From positions 1-28,045 of IMG/VR virus record IMGVR_UViG_3300013132_000200: 28,045 bases of DNA, one strand, 5' to 3'. The notes below the pieces were generated by a model. It was not told the origin of the DNA, made no database searches, and worked only from the letters and a program-made list of their open reading frames with translations. The stretch is from a virus (taxonomy: Duplodnaviria; Caudoviricetes). Positions 24,182 through 28,045 of this stretch are shown here, piece by piece. The translations under genes were made by a program, and so were the position numbers. The number at the start of each line of letters is the position of its first letter. Positions within the stretch are counted from its first letter, which is position 1.

Positions 24182-25102
24182 ATGAGCCTTGAAGAGTATT
24201 CAGCAGATATAGTTCGTGTTCCATTGCTGACATCCGACGAAGAGATAATACTTGGGGGATATATCCAGAAAATGATAAAAATTCTCAGGGACAACGGGCT
24301 AAATGAACAAATATCGCAAAAAAATCTTCTTGATTCCACTAAAAATTTAAGTCCAGAAGCGAGGTTAGTAATAAAAAGAGGGCTGAGAGCAAGAAGTCGA
24401 ATGATTTCAGCAAACATGAGGCTCGTGGTCGCTGTTGCAAAAAAAATTAAAACAACGCAAACTCATCTTACGATTCAAGACTTAATTCAAGAAGGTGCAA
24501 TTGGTTTGACCAGAGCATCTGAAAAATTTGAGCCAGGTCGTGGATATAAATTCAGCACTTACGCCTACTGGTGGATAAGGCAAGGAATAGTAAGGGCCAC
24601 TGAGTCTCAAGAGAAGGCAATTCGAATGCCATCGAATATGCAGAAAACAGCAAGGCAAATCAGAGAAACCAGAGATAAATTGACGTTAATTCTCAAAAAA
24701 GAGCCGACAGTCGCTGAGATAGCTATTGACATGGAAGAGGACATAGAAAAAGTAAAAAAAACCTTGCTTGCTGATTCGGTAGTTGTTTCTTTGGACTCGA
24801 ATGTAAGCCAAAGTGGCGATCAGATTTCGTTGCTGGAGCTAATTCCAGCAAGCGCGTCAGACGAAGATAACGACGACAGCCTCGAAAAAATAAACTTTAT
24901 CTTAACCATTATCAGCGCTTTGCCAGAAGAAGAGCAAGAGCTTGTCAAGCAAAAGTATGGAATTGGCTGCCAACCTGTTTCAGCAAAAGAAATCGCAGAA
25001 ACTAGCGGAATCAGTAAACATGCCGTCCGCCAAAAACAACAAAATATCATCAAAAAAATTCAATATGTCGTAAATACTTTTTTTTCTAGTCAAGTCCCTT
25101 AG
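24182..25102 (+). CDS. RNA polymerase sigma70 factor (cyanobacterial group 1/2-like)
   Basis: region 1.2 VPLLTSDEEI; region 2 ANMRLVVAVAKK, DLIQEG..GL.RA.EKF.P.RGYKFSTYAYWWIRQGI; region 3 IRMP...EPTVAEIA; region 4 HTH. Confidence 0.93.
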   Translation: MSLEEYSADIVRVPLLTSDEEIILGGYIQKMIKILRDNGLNEQISQKNLLDSTKNLSPEARLVIKRGLRARSRMISANMRLVVAVAKKIKTTQTHLTIQDLIQEGAIGLTRASEKFEPGRGYKFSTYAYWWIRQGIVRATESQEKAIRMPSNMQKTARQIRETRDKLTLILKKEPTVAEIAIDMEEDIEKVKKTLLADSVVVSLDSNVSQSGDQISLLELIPASASDEDNDDSLEKINFILTIISALPEEEQELVKQKYGIGCQPVSAKEIAETSGISKHAVRQKQQNIIKKIQYVVNTFFSSQVP

Positions 25103-25191
25103 ATCGGATTTATTTTTATTTTAATCCCGCTGCCGCCAGTCGTCGCGTTGCTCACGTCGAAACCAGCTGAGGCGGTAGTTCGCTGACAGCA

Positions 25192-25350
25192 TCAATATAT
25201 CGCGGGTGCGTTAACCATAGCCAGCAGCCAAATAGCGTGCCATGTGCCAAAAAGTAAAATTGCCCCTAGCAAGCCCGACCAGAGTGCAACGCGCAATTCA
25301 TGTCGTCTGATCGCTTGCTCTATTAGAGCTTGGATGTCCTCTCTGCTCAC
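25192..25350 (-). CDS. small membrane protein
   Basis: GTG start; SREDIQALIEQAIRRH plus one TM helix, pattern recalled from picocyanobacteria and their phages. Confidence 0.55.
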   Translation of the reverse strand: MSREDIQALIEQAIRRHELRVALWSGLLGAILLFGTWHAIWLLAMVNAPAIY

Positions 25351-25446
25351 TGCTGCCTTCCTTTGGGCAAACTGTAGGTGCACACTACGGTTGAGAACAC
25401 CATGGCCAGCAAGCAAAGATTGCCACAGCTTAGGCAACGCGACTTG

Positions 25447-25584
25447 ATGCCTTATGTAACGGTTGGCACCGATGTGCGTGGTTCAGCATGTTGGTTGGTA
25501 ATTGATCGTGATGTTGTAATCGAATGTATTAGCGGTGAGCGTGCGTTAGCGGTGATGAAAAATTTAATTATCGCCAAAGGTTGA
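25447..25584 (+). CDS. small hypothetical protein
   Basis: ATG 25447 (MPYVTVGTD...), 45 aa. Confidence 0.45.
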   Translation: MPYVTVGTDVRGSACWLVIDRDVVIECISGERALAVMKNLIIAKG

Positions 25585-25604
25585 TCAATAACTTGGTGAT
25601 GTTT

Positions 25605-26984
25605 TTAGCGTTCAGCAATAATTGCCCAGCCTTTGCCAGGGGCGTAGCGATAGGCACCACCGCCGATGGGCTCCACCATCCAGCGCTTGCCGAAATTGAG
25701 GCGGTTGTAGCGCATAAATCGCGCCACTCCGCCCAGAGACTCACCACTGAGCAAGTTCGCTTCTCCGAACGGGTCGTGAACAATCAAATGCGTGGGATCT
25801 TGACCCACCACGATCAGCCAGTGACCACCGCCGGTGGGTTGCTCCACTGGACCGCGATGGATGAAGCCACAAGGCACTGGCACTCCGACGGCAATCTGGC
25901 GTTCGATCAGCGCAAAAGATGCGTTCTGCACGAATTTGGCCTTGATACCGTAGCTGCTCAAAGCCTTGAGCTGAGCAGCGGCATCAGTGGTGTCGCCGTA
26001 CTGCTGGACACGCTTGAGATACTGATCGTCACCGTTGGAACCGATGAATGTGCCAGGTTTGAGGTACTGCAGGAGCATCGCGCAGGAACTGCTGAAGCAC
26101 ATACGAGCCGCTTGGCTGCGATCAACGCTGTCCATCTGCGCATACCAGGGCACCTGCAGCGGATTGCCATAGCCAAGAGAAGTGCTTGGCTGCGATGGCG
26201 TATTGGGGAATGCAGCCGCAGCCCGAGCATAGTAGGCCTCTCGATCTGCCAATCCGTTTGCTGGGTCTCTTCCATTAACCCGAGCTGATATTTGACGGCA
26301 AGTTGCACCCGAGTCGCAATAAGCATTCATGCCATTGAGATGCCACCAAAAACCAGCAGAAGTAAAGGGATATTTGTTGGCTACATAGGCCGCCCCATCC
26401 ATAACATTTTGATCTTTGATAAAATCAGCAAATTGTTGATAGTTGTAGCGTCCCGTAAGCTGAATTGCGCCAGCGCCTTTGTAGCGCGGGCCATCGCCAG
26501 GCCTTGCGTTCCCCAAATCTTTGCGGTCTTCGTAAGCGTCGCCGCTGGCCAGCTCCATCATCCAACGCAATCCACCGGATTCATGCCCAACTTGAGCCAA
26601 GAAATGGCGAATTCGAGCTGGGGTGTTAATTAAAAAACGCTGCAGGCAGGAGTTGAGATCTGCAAGCTGGCTGTCCCTGGGGGCTCTGGTGAACACCGCA
26701 GTCGCCTGGGTCATGCTGATCATCTGAGAAGTCGCCGGAGTAGTCACTGGAGACGCCAGCAGGGGGGCCTTCGTCTCCACTGCCGCCTTCCAGATGTCTC
26801 GAAGCTCGCCGCCTTCCTGGAGGGCTTCTGGGTCAAGCTCCGCCAAGCGATCAAGTACGGCCTGAAGCCAAGCTCGGTGATGAGCTTTGCTCGGGTTGTA
26901 GTGATTGACGTAGTTACCGTTTGGAATTTTGCCCACAGGTGTTTCAATCACGTTTCCACGGAGCTTTGATTTCCATTGCACCAC
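25605..26984 (-). CDS. endolysin: GH19 (chitinase/lysozyme-like) plus C39-like cysteine peptidase
   Basis: [31 protein letters not shown] (GH19); [23 protein letters not shown] (C39-like triad); true start may be GTG 26951. Confidence 0.88.
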   Translation of the reverse strand: MVQWKSKLRGNVIETPVGKIPNGNYVNHYNPSKAHHRAWLQAVLDRLAELDPEALQEGGELRDIWKAAVETKAPLLASPVTTPATSQMISMTQATAVFTRAPRDSQLADLNSCLQRFLINTPARIRHFLAQVGHESGGLRWMMELASGDAYEDRKDLGNARPGDGPRYKGAGAIQLTGRYNYQQFADFIKDQNVMDGAAYVANKYPFTSAGFWWHLNGMNAYCDSGATCRQISARVNGRDPANGLADREAYYARAAAAFPNTPSQPSTSLGYGNPLQVPWYAQMDSVDRSQAARMCFSSSCAMLLQYLKPGTFIGSNGDDQYLKRVQQYGDTTDAAAQLKALSSYGIKAKFVQNASFALIERQIAVGVPVPCGFIHRGPVEQPTGGGHWLIVVGQDPTHLIVHDPFGEANLLSGESLGGVARFMRYNRLNFGKRWMVEPIGGGAYRYAPGKGWAIIAER

Positions 26985-27174
26985 CTAGCAAGCGGCTATC
27001 ACCAGTCTGCAGGGTGTCATCAATTGGGTGCTCAATGATGTTTGGCGGTGGCGGCTCAGGTTGTGCCGCGTGCCAGGCGTCCACCTGCTGGTCGATGGAC
27101 GCTAAGGTCTTGTGCTCATTGATGAGCATTCGAGCTTCAGCATCCTGCGGCTTGGTGGTGAACAGGGTCACCAT
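26944..27174 (-). CDS. hypothetical protein; candidate -1 frameshift extension of the upstream small ORF
   Basis: ORF open upstream to the GGGAAAG heptamer at 27207-27201. Confidence 0.65.
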   Translation of the reverse strand: MVTLFTTKPQDAEARMLINEHKTLASIDQQVDAWHAAQPEPPPPNIIEHPIDDTLQTGDSRLLGGAMEIKAPWKRD

Positions 27175-27177
27175 TGG

Positions 27178-27207
27178 AAGGCCGAGGTTCGGCCTCAGCG
27201 CTTTCCC
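27178..27207 (-). other. candidate programmed -1 ribosomal frameshift signal
   Basis: in-frame G_GGA_AAG, 4-nt spacer, hairpin GAGGCCGA-ACC-UCGGCCUU. Confidence 0.7.
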
Positions 27208-27335
27208 GGCTTAATGGCGTAGAGCGCCTGCAGGATGAGCTGGATGATGCTATTGGACTTCAGCGGGCTGAGTGCGATCAGCTCACTGAGGGCAGCAAGA
27301 ACGATCCAGAAGGCAGGATGGTTGATGACTTCCAC
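27195..27335 (-). CDS. small holin-like membrane protein (46 aa)
   Basis: hand-translated VEVINHPAFWIVLAALSELIALSPLKSNSIIQLILQALYAIKPGKR; hydrophobic, basic C-terminus, upstream of lysin. Confidence 0.7.
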   Translation of the reverse strand: MEVINHPAFWIVLAALSELIALSPLKSNSIIQLILQALYAIKPGKR

Positions 27336-27337
27336 GG

Positions 27338-27586
27338 TTAGGAGCGCGGGTGCGCTTCTAGTTTAGTCACCCGCTGCTCGACTACGCCAAGGCGCTGGAA
27401 GGTCTCCTTACGGTCATCTTTGATGTCAGTGTGCAGCACTTCCAGCTGGGCAGCAATGTGCTCGACTGCGCTGGTGAGGCGAATAACTGCATCGCGTGCT
27501 TCATCATTGCGGCGGCTAAATCCCATAGCACCCATCGCCGCCACTGAGATGGATGCACCAGCAACAGCAGCAAGCACTTCAATCAT
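27338..27586 (-). CDS. membrane-anchored coiled-coil protein (holin-like)
   Basis: N-terminal TM plus heptad coiled coil, in lysis cassette. Confidence 0.7.
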   Translation of the reverse strand: MIEVLAAVAGASISVAAMGAMGFSRRNDEARDAVIRLTSAVEHIAAQLEVLHTDIKDDRKETFQRLGVVEQRVTKLEAHPRS

Positions 27587-27595
27587 GGCTTCAGT

Positions 27596-27736
27596 TTAGC
27601 CCCTGCCCTGGCCACGCAACTTCTTGCGGCCGCGCCGCCTTGGCCTTGAATGCTGGCCCTGCCCGATTGAGGTGACTTTTGGTGGGCCGGGTTTGTACTC
27701 AATGTGAGCGGCACCTTGCTTATTGCGTACAGCCGT
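27596..27736 (-). CDS. small basic RGQG-ending protein; lacks canonical start (ACG)
   Basis: (T/M)AVRNKQG...PGPPKVTSIGQGQHSRPRRRGRKKLRGQGRG; resembles a small basic cyanophage family. Confidence 0.45.
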   Translation of the reverse strand, partial: TAVRNKQGAAHIEYKPGPPKVTSIGQGQHSRPRRRGRKKLRGQGRG

Positions 27737-27971
27737 CGCGGATTTGCTGGTTGAGGTATTCTCGCAGTGCTTTGTCTGCGGCTGTTGGGTTTGTTTTTAG
27801 GCTTAGCTCGAAAATGCGATCCCGGAGTTGCTGCTTACGGGCAGCGCAAAACTGTTGTTGTACCTCCTGGGACTTTGCGTAGCGATTGTCGATTGTCAGT
27901 GTCGTGCCAACAATGGCCGCAAGTACAGCACCAGCAGCGGCGAGCAGTTGCAGCGGTTGTTGCATGGTCAT
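27720..27971 (-). CDS. membrane-anchored hypothetical protein
   Basis: N-terminal TM, IDNRYAK, helical C-terminus; ATGA overlap. Confidence 0.65.
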   Translation of the reverse strand: MTMQQPLQLLAAAGAVLAAIVGTTLTIDNRYAKSQEVQQQFCAARKQQLRDRIFELSLKTNPTAADKALREYLNQQIRDGCTQ

Positions 27972-28045
27972 TCAAGCTCTAGCGACAATGCTTCGACATC
28001 CTTGCGGCTACCGTATAAAGTTTCAAATTCAGTGGCGCTGAGCAT
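27968..28045 (-). CDS. 3' end of an upstream gene (partial)
   Basis: open frame ...MLSATEFETLYGSRKDVEALSLELE* whose stop overlaps next ATG. Confidence 0.45.
   Translation of the reverse strand: MLSATEFETLYGSRKDVEALSLELE

Noticed and set aside
25128-25180. GC-rich inverted repeat with CGAAAC as a hammerhead ribozyme
   Set aside because: No CUGANGA core; more likely a stem between convergent genes.
1-28045. tRNA, rRNA, integrase, transposase, reverse transcriptase or photosynthesis auxiliary genes
   Set aside because: No recognisable cloverleaf or protein motifs found by eye; a tRNAscan/HMM search would be needed to exclude them fully.

Overview
A 28-kb segment of a tailed dsDNA cyanophage genome, probably infecting picocyanobacteria (Synechococcus/Cyanobium). 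The host call rests on a cyanobacterial group-1/2-type sigma70 and a cyanobacterial AbrB-like regulator. Bases 1-13.9k are a dense minus-strand array of about 40 short, mostly uncharacterised ORFs (an early or host-takeover-type region, with a dNMP kinase). It is punctuated by three homologous promoter cassettes, intergenic hairpin repeats and a strong left-to-right gradient of the hexamer TGYAAG. Bases 14.5-23.5k are a DNA metabolism, recombination and replication module: NrdR-like Zn ribbon, MazG-like pyrophosphohydrolase, cyAbrB, RusA, two tandem SSB-like genes, PD-(D/E)XK nuclease, Rad52/Sak, DnaB, an HTH initiator with internal iterons, and an Arc-like repressor. A + strand sigma70 factor with a remodelled region 4.2 lies at 24.2-25.1k. 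The right end is a lysis cassette (GH19 plus C39-like lysin and small membrane proteins). The best new observation is a candidate -1 ribosomal frameshift signal (G_GGA_AAG plus a 3' hairpin) joining a small holin-like ORF to the next ORF. All family calls are by motif recognition only; no searches were run.
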